Notes: generated by a model from the sequence alone, not told the origin. A stretch of 51,991 nt of DNA from Candidatus Micrarchaeota archaeon (GCA_040757035.1 JBFLYM010000005.1:1-51991), one strand, 5' to 3'; numbered from the stretch's first letter, positions 20,569-30,944 are shown. A program made the numbers and translations.

Positions 20569-21513
20569 ATGGCATACTTTCTAAAAGATTGTATTTTTGC
20601 AGCTAAGTATCCGTTCAGTTCAAAAGCAAAGGAGATAATTCGAGATCAGAATATAGATGTGCATGAAACAATGGCTGAGCGCGGGTTTGAGCGATTGAGT
20701 TCTGCACTAAAAGGCAGAATAAAACGCAGAATATTTTTTCATAATGAAGATGGAATAAACGAAATAATGGCATATGCGTCTGCGAGAATGATACTTTCTT
20801 TTATGCGTAATCGGTTTCTCACGAACAAATACGCGATCGCCGAATCTAAAAAAACATTTTCTTATTTAAACGAGGAAAGCGATGAGAATATGCTTCTGGT
20901 TGCGAAGGAGCTTGGAATAAATTCGTTTTTTTCAGAGGATAATGAACACTTTGTTGGCGTTGCAGACTTTCTTTGTTATGCACCAAAAGACGTGCATTAT
21001 AAACTTATTGTTCGTGAGTTGAGCAACGGAGCGGTGCGCATTACTAAACATGAGCGCATGCGCCTGATTTCAGAAGCTGTAAAAAAATATATGGAAAAAA
21101 CTCCGGAAATGCAAAGTGTTCCACCGGCGATAAAAAAAATATCTGAAAAACTTTACGCTCTTCTTCCTAAAATAGAACCAAAAAAGATCTCTTTCAGAGA
21201 GGGTGAAAATCCACCGTGTATAGAAGCAATACTTGAACTTATAAATAAGCATGAAAATATTGGGCATAGCGGGCGATGGCTGCTCGCAGTTTATTTAATA
21301 AATCGCGGCATGGACAACGAGAATATGATGAAAATTTTTTCCAGCGCCCCAGATTTCAACGAAAAAATTACGCAGTATCAGATAGAACACGCGCGCAAGC
21401 GGGCGTATATAATGCCAAACTGTTCGTCCGTACTTAGTTATGGTTATTGCACCGTAAATTGTGGAATAATTAATCCGCTTAATTATAAAAAATCGCAAAA
21501 TAAGGCGTTATGA
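20569..21513 (+). CDS. priL: DNA primase large subunit
   Basis: AKYPF, PPCI, YQIEH, C-terminal Cys cluster and NPL. Confidence 0.92.
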   Translation: MAYFLKDCIFAAKYPFSSKAKEIIRDQNIDVHETMAERGFERLSSALKGRIKRRIFFHNEDGINEIMAYASARMILSFMRNRFLTNKYAIAESKKTFSYLNEESDENMLLVAKELGINSFFSEDNEHFVGVADFLCYAPKDVHYKLIVRELSNGAVRITKHERMRLISEAVKKYMEKTPEMQSVPPAIKKISEKLYALLPKIEPKKISFREGENPPCIEAILELINKHENIGHSGRWLLAVYLINRGMDNENMMKIFSSAPDFNEKITQYQIEHARKRAYIMPNCSSVLSYGYCTVNCGIINPLNYKKSQNKAL

Positions 21514-21568
21514 ACAATTATAGGCATATTATGAACGCATTATAAAGCCATTATCACAAGGCGAAAAT

Positions 21569-22681
21569 ATGGACAAAGAATTATCGTTTATATTAAAACG
21601 ATTTTCGCAATATTATTCTAGCGCTAATTTTTATATTTCTGAAATAGAAAAAAGAGAATTCGGCGTAGGAATTGAGAAAAAAATAGATTTAAGACATATG
21701 GGGTTCGGAAGCGAAAGCGAATTTAAATCATTTTTAGTGAACGATACTCCGCTTTATGTTTCCCATAGTGTTGCTTATTATAAGCTTCCGAAAGCCGCGC
21801 CAATGGAGCGGAAAGGCTGGCTTGGTGCTGATTTGGTTTTTGATTTAGATTGTGAAACAAAAACCAAATATCTCTCCAGAATTGATTTTGAAAAAATACG
21901 CGAACATACCATGCGACTTATAGAAGAATTTCTTGTTCCAGATTTTGGCATTTCAAAAGAAAAAATAAGTGTTAATTTTTCTGGTAATAGGGGGTTTCAC
22001 GTCTGGACATATGACGAACGTTTTAATCAACTTAAATCTAATGAACGCAAAGAAATTATAGAATATATAAAGGGGATTGGACTAAAATATTATTCTTTTT
22101 TTGCGCAAACAGACGTGCAAGGTAGGATACACGGACCATTGCCTAACGGAATTGGATATGCTGGTAAATTTGCAAAAAAAATACTTCACATACTTGAAAC
22201 CAAACCAGAAGAGATAAGCACAATATTCAAGAATGAAAAAGAAAGGCAAAACTTTATCAACGGAATAAAATCGGCAAATTGGAGTCTTGCAAAACGAACT
22301 CAAAATATTGAAAAGAAACTTAGAGAGATAGCTGAAACCGAACTGCCTTTAAGAGCTGTAAATATAGATTCTAATGTAACCCAAGATCCAAGCAAACTCA
22401 TACGCGTTGCGAATAGTATACACGGAGGGACGGGTCTATGCGCAAAAATTCTTGTGTTGGATAAATTGCATGAATTTGAACCATTGCACCATGCGCTTGT
22501 TTTTTCATCAACTCCATTAAAAATAATCGCACTGGAAGATATTCCGGAAATAGAGATTGGAGGCACTACTCAAGAAAAAATAGAAAAAGGAAAAATAAAA
22601 GAAGTTCCCGAATATTTTGCTTTTTATCTAAAGTTAAAGAAAAGCGCAAGATTATTGTTAACTACCTCTCTACCGAAATGA
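21569..22681 (+). CDS. priS: DNA primase small (catalytic) subunit
   Basis: REFG, DLVFDLD, FSGNRGFH, IDSNVTQD, LIRVANSIHG. Confidence 0.95.
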   Translation: MDKELSFILKRFSQYYSSANFYISEIEKREFGVGIEKKIDLRHMGFGSESEFKSFLVNDTPLYVSHSVAYYKLPKAAPMERKGWLGADLVFDLDCETKTKYLSRIDFEKIREHTMRLIEEFLVPDFGISKEKISVNFSGNRGFHVWTYDERFNQLKSNERKEIIEYIKGIGLKYYSFFAQTDVQGRIHGPLPNGIGYAGKFAKKILHILETKPEEISTIFKNEKERQNFINGIKSANWSLAKRTQNIEKKLREIAETELPLRAVNIDSNVTQDPSKLIRVANSIHGGTGLCAKILVLDKLHEFEPLHHALVFSSTPLKIIALEDIPEIEIGGTTQEKIEKGKIKEVPEYFAFYLKLKKSARLLLTTSLPK

Positions 22682-22709
22682 TCCACTAATCGAACTTTAA
22701 AATAAAAAA

Positions 22710-23126
22710 TTAATAATGATACTTTAAAAAATCAACCACATCTTTTGCATTTAGTGCAAGATTTACAAATTCTAGTTCTCCAACCGTTATCCATCTGCCT
22801 TCTTTGTGTTCTTCGGTTATTTTAAATTCATAACCATCTGCTTCTCCTTTATAAACGATGTAAACAGAATGCTTTTTTTTCCCATCTTTAAGATATACTG
22901 CCGAAGTTATGCCAAGCAATAAAATGTTTTTTACTCTAAGGCCAGTTTCTTCAAGTGTTTCTCTCGCTGCTGTCGTTTCAGGATGTTCGCCAAATTCAAC
23001 TCCTCCGCCTGGAAATTCCCAAAATTCATTCTTTCTTTTTAGAATAAGTATTTTTTCATTATAAAAGGGAACTAAATAGCTATTCAATTCTGGAGTATCT
23101 TGAAAAAGCAATATACTAATCACCAT
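22710..23126 (-). CDS. NUDIX hydrolase
   Basis: GGGVEFGEHPETTAARETLEETGL Nudix box. Confidence 0.93.
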   Translation of the reverse strand: MVISILLFQDTPELNSYLVPFYNEKILILKRKNEFWEFPGGGVEFGEHPETTAARETLEETGLRVKNILLLGITSAVYLKDGKKKHSVYIVYKGEADGYEFKITEEHKEGRWITVGELEFVNLALNAKDVVDFLKYHY

Positions 23127-23157
23127 TTTTATGTTTCTATTATGTTTCTTTTTTCAT

Positions 23158-23913
23158 TCATACATTTTCCTTTGTGTTCTTAACTTTTTTGAACTGCTCA
23201 AACATTTCATCATCCAACAAAATAAGCGATGAATTGCATATTTTGCATTTGAATAAACATTCGCTTGCAGTTTCAAAGTCCATTGTGCTTTCTAAACCAC
23301 ATTGCTTGCAAAAATAAAAAATACTGCCTTCCCGTGGTCTATACAAATTCTTATTTGCTTCTTTTTCTTTAATCCATTCAATTATTCTCTTTTCATTAAG
23401 CAGCCACATATATGAATACCATCCAGTTTCGCTGTTTTTATTGCGCAAGTAATCAACTAATCCAAAACCGTGCAGTTTATTGAGTACGGCGCGTATTTCT
23501 GAAACCTTTATTTTGAGTTTTTTTGAAAGTTCTTCATCATTTGGAGTGGTATTAAGGTTCATTATAACCTCCAGAGTATTCTCACCTCCAAGTTCAATAA
23601 TCCAATGTCGCACTTCTGAATTTAGAAACATATTTTTGAGCTCAGAAGAGATTTTCCTTACCGGCGTAGGTGTTTGAGTTTTGATCTTTTTTTTGATTAT
23701 TTTGATTTTTTTCTTGATTATTTTTGTTATTTTTTTTTCTTTAAGCATGTTTTTTCTCATTGTTTTAGTTTTATGCAAATTCTTTTTTCTTATGATAGAT
23801 TTTCCTAGTATTTTGAGTTTTTTTGATTTTCTTGCAACTGCACTTTTTATAGTTTTCTTTTTGCCAATTTTTTTCTTAAAAGATTTAGATTTTTTGATTT
23901 TTGTTTTTGCCAT
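23158..23913 (-). CDS. tfe: Transcription factor E (TFEalpha) with Lys-rich N-terminal extension
   Basis: DEELS...IRAVLNKL...GLVDY...TGWYSYMW winged helix; CKQC...CKIC Zn ribbon. Confidence 0.9.
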   Translation of the reverse strand: MAKTKIKKSKSFKKKIGKKKTIKSAVARKSKKLKILGKSIIRKKNLHKTKTMRKNMLKEKKITKIIKKKIKIIKKKIKTQTPTPVRKISSELKNMFLNSEVRHWIIELGGENTLEVIMNLNTTPNDEELSKKLKIKVSEIRAVLNKLHGFGLVDYLRNKNSETGWYSYMWLLNEKRIIEWIKEKEANKNLYRPREGSIFYFCKQCGLESTMDFETASECLFKCKICNSSLILLDDEMFEQFKKVKNTKENV

Positions 23914-24130
23914 AAAATCATTTGTATTATATTAATTATTAATTTGTACTATGTTATATTGCTACAATATATTAGCCCAATATACTATACTATATTGTAT
24001 TTATATTGTATATTATATAATTTTATATTTGTTGATAATTTTATATTGTTCTTAACAAAAGATGATAGAAAACTTAATTCTAGCGGCTTCCGCGCACCTG
24101 CGGCGTTTCAGTCAACATTTAGTGGGATAA

Positions 24131-25300
24131 ATGCACGCAAAAATAAGTTTTGAAGAACACAAAAAATGGCTGTTATCTTCAAAGATAATGCAAAGCATAA
24201 ATCTTAATTTTATACAATTACAAGAAAAAATGAAAGATTATGTGTTTGGGTCGGGAACGGATTTTTTTGTCGGAAGTAGAAATTATCCTGAAATCGCATG
24301 GGGTCCGATGGTAGCACTTGACGATGTAATACAAACGCGAGATCTCTATGGTTCTGATTACGAAACTATTATTAAGTCAAGAATCGCGCTTTTGCATGGA
24401 AGAAAATATCAAGGGATAACGCCATCTGGTCAATTTATAGAAAAAAGTCGTGAAATTGCAATGAGTACGGCTCCTATTGATACTGAGATTACATTTAGCA
24501 AAATCCCAAATCTGGAGATAAATTTTTCGTCAGTTACTCAACCAATCGGTGCTGGCGCGCCCATGAAAAAAATAAATATCACTGAAAATCCAAAAATTCC
24601 GAAAAGGGTTGATCAAATAATTGATGATAATTTGCTTGCGAACGATGCGATTTCTGAATTGATCGGACATGGATTTGACAATTATTATATCATTAAATTA
24701 TTGTCTGCGGGAATTCTTGGTAAAAAAAACAGAAAACTTGTCCCAACACGATGGAGTATAACCGCGTGCGATGATCTGATTGCAAAAAATTTGATGGAAA
24801 AAATTAGGAAATATAGCGAAATAAAAGAAATATTGGTCTTTTCAAATGAGTATTTATCTAATCATTTCAATATTCTTCTTATTCCTGGAAAATGGGAGTT
24901 TGAGAATTTTGAAGCATGGGCGCCAAACACAAGCTGGGGATTCAAAAATTCCGGATTTACAATTACTGAAGAATATGAGCCATATTCTGGAAGGACTACG
25001 TACGCCGAAAAACAAGTAGGCGGGTATTATGCCTCGCGAATAGGCGTTTGCGAATATCTTCATGCGCTAAAAAAGCAGGCGCGCGTGATAGTATTCAGAG
25101 AAATAGATGAGGGTTATCAAATTCCTGTTGGAGTTTGGGAAGTACGCGAAAACGTTAGGCATGCATTCAAAAATAATGGAAAGAGATTTTCAGATTTAAA
25201 TGGTGCACTTGCGCATTTAAAAACAAAATTAAGGGTTCCAGTAAACGAATATCTAAAACAAACAAGAATAATCTCACAAACGCGATTAATTGATTTTTAG
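24131..25300 (+). CDS. nreA: Nre family DNA repair protein
   Basis: RKLVPTRWSITACD, GGYYASR, PVGVWEVRENVR; C-terminal PIP box QTRLIDF. Confidence 0.9.
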   Translation: MHAKISFEEHKKWLLSSKIMQSINLNFIQLQEKMKDYVFGSGTDFFVGSRNYPEIAWGPMVALDDVIQTRDLYGSDYETIIKSRIALLHGRKYQGITPSGQFIEKSREIAMSTAPIDTEITFSKIPNLEINFSSVTQPIGAGAPMKKINITENPKIPKRVDQIIDDNLLANDAISELIGHGFDNYYIIKLLSAGILGKKNRKLVPTRWSITACDDLIAKNLMEKIRKYSEIKEILVFSNEYLSNHFNILLIPGKWEFENFEAWAPNTSWGFKNSGFTITEEYEPYSGRTTYAEKQVGGYYASRIGVCEYLHALKKQARVIVFREIDEGYQIPVGVWEVRENVRHAFKNNGKRFSDLNGALAHLKTKLRVPVNEYLKQTRIISQTRLIDF

Positions 25301-25555
25301 GCAGGGGTTGCTACATAAACAAAATCTATTTTCGTTCGCTACTACAAAATCAGTATTAATATAAATAACTTATCATCTAATTATATGTCATCTATACGTA
25401 TGATTAAATTTATTGAATATAAAATAGATAAAATTCGTTTAAGAAACCTTTTTAAATTTATCATATCTAAACATGATTATACTAATCAACTAAAAATGTC
25501 CATTCAATTCTAAAAATTTCAATAAGAAGGAACGAAGAAACGAAGTGAAATTTTT

Positions 25556-26938
25556 ATGCCTTTTTTCAACCGTGAAAACGAGCTAAATTTCCTTGAAGAA
25601 CGTTATATTCAAAGCAAACCACAACTCATAATCATTTATGGGAGGAGGCGCGTTGGAAAAACCGAATTAGTGCGCGAGTTCATCCGTAACAAACAGGCAG
25701 TTTATTTCCTAGCTGAAAAAGGGAGCATTGAAATAAATTTTGAGAGGTTTGTCCAAAGACTTGCACAATCTATTCACCAGGAAGGAATATTCTTCAAGGG
25801 CTGGGTAGAAGCATTTGAATACGTAAAAAAACAAAATAAAAAGTTCATTATCGTTATAGATGAGTTTCCTTACCTTATCCAAAGCGATAGTGCTATAACT
25901 TCAACATTCCAGAGAATTGCAGATGAAGTTTTACCAAATTCAAATCTTTTTCTTATTCTTTGCGGTTCAAGTGTTTCTATCATGGAGGACAAAGTATTAG
26001 CTTATCATAGTCCTCTCTATGGAAGAAGAACCGGTCAATGGCAGTTAAATCCTCTTTTTTTTAAGGAATCTCGCTTATTTGTTCCAGGTTATACTATCGA
26101 AAAACAAATTGAAATCTACGCTGTAGTTGGAAACATACCGATGTACTTACTTGAAGTTAATGATAGCTTATCTATAAAAGAAAATATAAGGAAAAAAATC
26201 CTTTCAAAGGGTTCCATTCTTTACGAAGAACCTAAGTTTGTTTTAAATCAGGAATTTAGTGAAGCAGGAATTTACTTCTCTATTTTTGGAGCATTAGCTA
26301 AAGGAAAGAATACAATCAAAGAGATAAGCGATGCTATTGGGGTAGATTCAAGAAACGTGAACAAGTATCTAAATGCCCTAATTCGTCTTCATTATGTCTA
26401 TAAAAATTATTCTCTATTCTATGAAAAAAACAAGAAAAGAGTTCGTTATCATATAAAAGATAATTTTTTTGATTTTTGGTTTAAGTTTGTGAATCCCAAT
26501 TTCTCAGATTTAGAAGTTGGGGATATAGAAAATGCAGAAAAGAAGATTTTTCCATATTTCAATGCATTTGTAGGTAGGAAATTCGAACAAATTGCACAGG
26601 AGGTTTTAGTTCAACTTAACAGAAAAGAGAAGCTGCCCTTTGAATTTGACAGAATCTCTAATTTTTGGGATAACACAAAAGAAGGAATTGCTGTGGAAAT
26701 AGACAGAATTGCAGTAAATGAAAAAGAAAAGAAATTGTTAATTGTTGAATGCAAATGGGAAGAAAATGTTTCAGTGAAAAAATTACTTTCCGATAGCCAA
26801 AAAAAGATAAAACTACTATCTTTGTTTGAGAAATATAAAATTTTTTATATTTTTTTTGCTAAGACTTTTAAGTACGATTTGAAAGATCCGTTCGTTATGT
26901 TGTTTGATCTAAAAACTATTGACAAAGCGATAGGGTAA
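25556..26938 (+). CDS. Archaeal ATPase (ATPase_2 + DUF234-like nuclease domain)
   Basis: FFNRENEL, YGRRRVGKT, IDEFPYL, SPLYGRRT, EID...ECKW. Confidence 0.9.
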   Translation: MPFFNRENELNFLEERYIQSKPQLIIIYGRRRVGKTELVREFIRNKQAVYFLAEKGSIEINFERFVQRLAQSIHQEGIFFKGWVEAFEYVKKQNKKFIIVIDEFPYLIQSDSAITSTFQRIADEVLPNSNLFLILCGSSVSIMEDKVLAYHSPLYGRRTGQWQLNPLFFKESRLFVPGYTIEKQIEIYAVVGNIPMYLLEVNDSLSIKENIRKKILSKGSILYEEPKFVLNQEFSEAGIYFSIFGALAKGKNTIKEISDAIGVDSRNVNKYLNALIRLHYVYKNYSLFYEKNKKRVRYHIKDNFFDFWFKFVNPNFSDLEVGDIENAEKKIFPYFNAFVGRKFEQIAQEVLVQLNRKEKLPFEFDRISNFWDNTKEGIAVEIDRIAVNEKEKKLLIVECKWEENVSVKKLLSDSQKKIKLLSLFEKYKIFYIFFAKTFKYDLKDPFVMLFDLKTIDKAIG

Positions 26939-26945
26939 TTGGTTC

Positions 26946-26982
26946 GCTGTCCGCCAACTCACTCGAATAAAAATAAAAAATA
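26946..26982. repeat. Left-end remnant of the 68-bp MITE at 49003-49070
   Basis: GCTGTCCGCCAACTCACTCGAATAAAAATAAAAAATA vs GCTGTCCGCTAACTCGCTTGAATAAAAATAAAAAATA. Confidence 0.75.
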
Positions 26983-27032
26983 GTGCAATTAATATACGAT
27001 AGATTTATATGATGTAGTCAATTTAGAAATAC

Positions 27033-27486
27033 ATCCCTTTTTCTTTTTCTAAAAGAAAAAGGTCTAAGGGGTTAACTGACACTGTGTTGACTAATGCCAC
27101 CTATTTTAAGAGGTAGGTAAATGCTACCAGTATTTGCGCTTTTTCCTGGTTGGCACATCGCCCAATATGTGCAACATAAAGGGCGATGCCCCGTTTTACT
27201 GGGTTAGTCACACAGTGTCACCCCAAAAAGAAAAGTGGGGGAGGGTCAGGAGGATATGACAAACCAACAAAGTAATATCAGAAAGTACCGAAGAATTACC
27301 ATGTGTTGGTTTGTTATATGTTCATGAACGAATCGTCGTTCATGACACCTCAAACTGTTCAAAACTGTTTGAGCACCCACCTAAAAAACATTCGAACGAT
27401 TCGTCGTTCGAAAATTTTTATTTTACTTTGTAAAATAAAAACCCCCAACCAGTTTTGGAGGGGGCGAAGCCCCCTCCGCGGTTCGG
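27033..27486 (+). mobile_element. Free-standing copy of the hairpin-rich element found in tRNA T-loop introns (core A, end type 2)
   Basis: Reverse-complement match to 39194-39454 over most of its length and to the end of 39455-39607; ends CCGCGGTTCGG. Confidence 0.88.
27077..27220. mobile_element. 144-bp MITE nested in the hairpin element
   Basis: TIRs TGACACTGTGTTGACTAA / TTAGTCACACAGTGTCA; interrupts GGGGTTAACCCC, which is intact in the copy at 39455-39607. Confidence 0.85.
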
Positions 27487-27502
27487 GTTTAAAGGAGATA
27501 TT

Positions 27503-28822
27503 ATGGAAAATATGGAAAATGAAACTGAATTTACATTTGAAACTAATATGGAAGCTAATACAGAAACTGATACAGAAACTAATTTAGAAAATGATAAAGA
27601 ATCTAATAAGGAAAATGGTATCAAAAGCAATACAAAATTAATTGATTCAGAACCGATTCTTATTGAAACTCCAGTTGAAATTTCAGAAGCCGAATCAACA
27701 GAATCAAATACAGAAGCTCAAAAAACAGATGCTCAGAAGATAAGTGAAATTGAAAAAATCACAGAACAAGTTACCGCGCCTGCGAAAAGCGATGACGAGA
27801 TGCTACTGGAATTTGTAGAACGATCTAAACCAAAAATATATGTTGTCGGAACTGGTGGAAGCGGAACAAATACTTTAAATAGATTGTTTGAACTTAGCGT
27901 GAAAGATGTATCGCTTATTGCAATGAATACTGACGCAAGACATTTGCTTAAAATAAGAGCGCACAAAAAACTTTTGCTCGGAAAAACTACTACAAAGGGA
28001 CATGGGGCAGGAAGCAATCCAGAATTAGGCGAAGCGGCAGCAAAAGAAAGCACTGGAGATATAAAAAATATTCTTAGCGATGCGAATATGGTTTTTGTTA
28101 CATGCGGGATGGGTGGCGGAACAGGAACGGGTTCGGCCGCGACGATTGCAGAGCAAGCGAAAACCACTGGCGCACTAGTGATAAGTGTAATTACGCTTCC
28201 TTTTGCATCAGAAGGGAAAATCAGATTTGAAAACGCATTGCGCGGATTAGAAAAATTGAAAAAACAATCCGATACAGTCATAGTAATCAAAAATGATAAA
28301 TTACTTACGCTCGCTCCGAATCTTCCGCTTAATACCGCCTTTAGAGTGTGTGATGAAGTGCTCGCAGGCGCAGTAAAGGGAATAGCAGAACTTGTTACAA
28401 AAACTGGTTTGGTAAATGTTGATTTTGCAGATCTAAAAACAATTCTTACTCAAAGCGGCTTTGCAGTAATTGGAATAGGGGAATCAAGCATGGACGCAAA
28501 GGCTGAAGATAGAGCAACGGTTGCGGTTGAAACCGCGCTTAACTCGCCGCTACTTGACGCTGATCTTAGTGGAGCTGACAGAGCACTTGTAAATGTTATT
28601 GGAGGCGAAGACATGACGCTTAAGGAAGCAGAACTTATAGTTTCAGAAACGGCAAAAAAGATACACCCAAATGCGCATATAATATGGGGGGCGCGCATTG
28701 AGTCCGCTAGCCAAAAATCCAGCATAAGAACAATGGTCGTACTTGCTGGAGTTAAATTTACAAAAGAAGATATGGGTGTTGGGTTTGGACTTGAGAGTCT
28801 TGACTTAGATTTAGTAGGGTGA
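27503..28822 (+). CDS. ftsZ: Cell division protein FtsZ with long acidic N-terminal extension
   Basis: GGSGTN, GMGGGTGTG, NVDFAD; ATG 27503 after RBS GGAG; ftsZ-secE-spt5 context. Confidence 0.96.
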   Translation: MENMENETEFTFETNMEANTETDTETNLENDKESNKENGIKSNTKLIDSEPILIETPVEISEAESTESNTEAQKTDAQKISEIEKITEQVTAPAKSDDEMLLEFVERSKPKIYVVGTGGSGTNTLNRLFELSVKDVSLIAMNTDARHLLKIRAHKKLLLGKTTTKGHGAGSNPELGEAAAKESTGDIKNILSDANMVFVTCGMGGGTGTGSAATIAEQAKTTGALVISVITLPFASEGKIRFENALRGLEKLKKQSDTVIVIKNDKLLTLAPNLPLNTAFRVCDEVLAGAVKGIAELVTKTGLVNVDFADLKTILTQSGFAVIGIGESSMDAKAEDRATVAVETALNSPLLDADLSGADRALVNVIGGEDMTLKEAELIVSETAKKIHPNAHIIWGARIESASQKSSIRTMVVLAGVKFTKEDMGVGFGLESLDLDLVG

Positions 28823-28828
28823 GACGTA

Positions 28829-28987
28829 GTGGATTTTGAAATTATAAAAAAAGCACTTAGAATAATTACTATCGCAAAAAAACCTGACAATGAAGAATTC
28901 TTAAAAATCGCAAAGATAACTAGTATAGGAATGATAATTATAGGTGTTATAGGATTTATAATTCTATTAATATTTGAATATTTATAA
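28829..28987 (+). CDS. secE: Protein translocase subunit SecE/Sec61gamma (52 aa, absent from ORF track)
   Basis: VDFEIIKKALRIITIAKKPDNEEFLKIAKITSIGMIIIGVIGFIILLIFEYL; conserved gene order. Confidence 0.92.
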   Translation: MDFEIIKKALRIITIAKKPDNEEFLKIAKITSIGMIIIGVIGFIILLIFEYL

Positions 28988-29056
28988 ACAAAAAATATGA
29001 AGTAAATGTAATGTGAAGTAAATATGGAGTAATTAAATATAACTGAACGTGATTGA

Positions 29057-29509
29057 ATGATATACATATTAAGAATAACTACAGGACAGGAAAGGATAGT
29101 TCTTGAAATGCTTGCAAAAAAAGCAAAGGATAATGGACTTGCGATATATTCACTTCTCGGAATAGAAAGTATAAAGGGTTACATATTCGTAGAAAGTGCG
29201 GACGAAAATGAAATAATTCAACTTGTACAAAAAATGAAAAATGTGAAAGGATATCTTAAGCAGCCGATAGAGATAAGTGAGATAGAAAAACTCATAAAAA
29301 TTATCGGTCCGCAGGTTTCAAGTATAAAAATTGCAGATATTGTAGAAATGACTTCAGGACCTTTTAAAGGAGAACGCGCACGAGTAATAAAAATAGATGA
29401 AGCAAGAGATGAACTCACCGTAGAATTAATAGAAATTGCTGTTCCTATCCCAGTCACGATAAAATCTAAAACTGCAAAATTATTACAAAAAGCAGAATGT
29501 AATCTTTAG
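29057..29509 (+). CDS. spt5: Transcription elongation factor Spt5
   Basis: TTGQE, KGYIFVE, SGPFKGERARV KOW motif, VPIPVTI. Confidence 0.96.
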   Translation: MIYILRITTGQERIVLEMLAKKAKDNGLAIYSLLGIESIKGYIFVESADENEIIQLVQKMKNVKGYLKQPIEISEIEKLIKIIGPQVSSIKIADIVEMTSGPFKGERARVIKIDEARDELTVELIEIAVPIPVTIKSKTAKLLQKAECNL

Positions 29510-29579
29510 CAGAATGTAACATTTGATTGTTGATTGACTGTTAGTTGATTATTATTTGGTTGTATACAAGGTTTATGAT

Positions 29580-30143
29580 ATGTCATTGATGAGTGATACT
29601 GATGTTATTGAAGCAATAAACAAAGGCGAAATTGGAATAAAACCTTTTGACAAAAAATTCCTCGGTCCTGATAGTTTGGATATAAGATTAGGAGATGAAA
29701 TGCTTGTTTCTAAAATAATTAAAAAAACCATAGACCCAAACAAACCCAAAAATTTTTTTGTAAGCAAAAAGATAAAGCACTCATTCATACTTAAACCTAT
29801 GCAGTTTGTACTCGGAACAACTTTGGAAAGAATTTCATTATCAAATAATATTGCGGCACAAATAGAAGGGCGTTCAAGTTTAGGAAGATTGGGAATAATG
29901 GTGCATATGACAGCTGGAATTATTCATGCTGGTTTTGGAGCAAAGGGACCAAGTACGCTCACGCTTGAAATTTATTCAGTAAATCCAAACGATGTTTATC
30001 TGCACGCTGGGATGAAAATTGCACAGCTTTCGTTCTTCAAATTAAACAGAAAAGTGAGTAAAGGATATGACTTTATATCTACAAGTAAATATCTAAATCA
30101 AAATGGGCCACGTGCACCAAAAGCTGAAAGGAAAGAAAGATAA
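29580..30143 (+). CDS. dcd: dCTP deaminase
   Basis: SLDIRLG, EGRSSLGRLG, TAGIIHAGF, LTLEI; start 29580 or 29589. Confidence 0.92.
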   Translation: MSLMSDTDVIEAINKGEIGIKPFDKKFLGPDSLDIRLGDEMLVSKIIKKTIDPNKPKNFFVSKKIKHSFILKPMQFVLGTTLERISLSNNIAAQIEGRSSLGRLGIMVHMTAGIIHAGFGAKGPSTLTLEIYSVNPNDVYLHAGMKIAQLSFFKLNRKVSKGYDFISTSKYLNQNGPRAPKAERKER

Positions 30144-30200
30144 ACCTCTACAGGATTTTTAAATTTTTATGTTTATTTTATATTATATTAAGGTGAATGG

Positions 30201-30944
30201 ATGAAAATAGTTGCTGCTGATGCTTCAAGTTTAAAATTTTCCATAGATGCGATAGCAAGTCTTGTGGAAGAAGGAATTTTTGAAATTACCAATACTGGAA
30301 TTCATCTTAAAGCGATCGATCCATCACAGATTTCAATGATATCATTTATTATGCCAAAGGAAAGCTTTTTGGAATATGAAATTAATGAAGAACGAAAAAT
30401 TGGCTTGGATATTGAGCAATTATCCAATGTGCTTTCACGTGGAACTAAAACTGAAAGGGCCGAGTTAGAGATTGAAGATGGAAGATTTGTAATTAAATTC
30501 GTTGGTGAGAAGAAAAAAAGAACATTCAAAATCCAAATTTTGGATATTGGGGAGGGAATACAAAAAGAACCTAGATTAGAATCAGGAAATTTTGTGAAGA
30601 TAAACGCTAGTACACTAAAAGAAATACTCAAAGATGCAAAACTTATTAGTTCGCATATTAGATTTTTACTTAGTGCTAACTATTTTATTGCGGAAGTAAA
30701 TGGAGACAGTGGTGATGTACACGCTGAATTTGAAAAAAATAGCGCAGAAATCATTGAAATAAAAACCACTAACGATATAAGAGCTACTTTTCCGCTTCAA
30801 TATCTTGAAGATATAATCAAAGCAAGTCCAAATAACGAAATAATAACAATGTATTTGGAAACTGACAAACCTCTTAAAGTTGAATATAATATTTTAGGTA
30901 CAGAAGTAAAATATTATCTTGCGCCTAGAATAGAAAGCGAATAA
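30201..30944 (+). CDS. pcn: Sliding clamp PCNA
   Basis: AIDPSQISM, DKPLKVEY, YYLAPRIE. Confidence 0.96.
   Translation: MKIVAADASSLKFSIDAIASLVEEGIFEITNTGIHLKAIDPSQISMISFIMPKESFLEYEINEERKIGLDIEQLSNVLSRGTKTERAELEIEDGRFVIKFVGEKKKRTFKIQILDIGEGIQKEPRLESGNFVKINASTLKEILKDAKLISSHIRFLLSANYFIAEVNGDSGDVHAEFEKNSAEIIEIKTTNDIRATFPLQYLEDIIKASPNNEIITMYLETDKPLKVEYNILGTEVKYYLAPRIESE

Noticed and set aside
25301-25555. GGGGTTGCTACATAAAC after nreA as an IS end
   Set aside because: No partner inverted repeat or target duplication found in the window.
27455-27502. ORF-track TTG start of ftsZ
   Set aside because: Lies inside the repeat element; the ATG at 27503 has a GGAG RBS.
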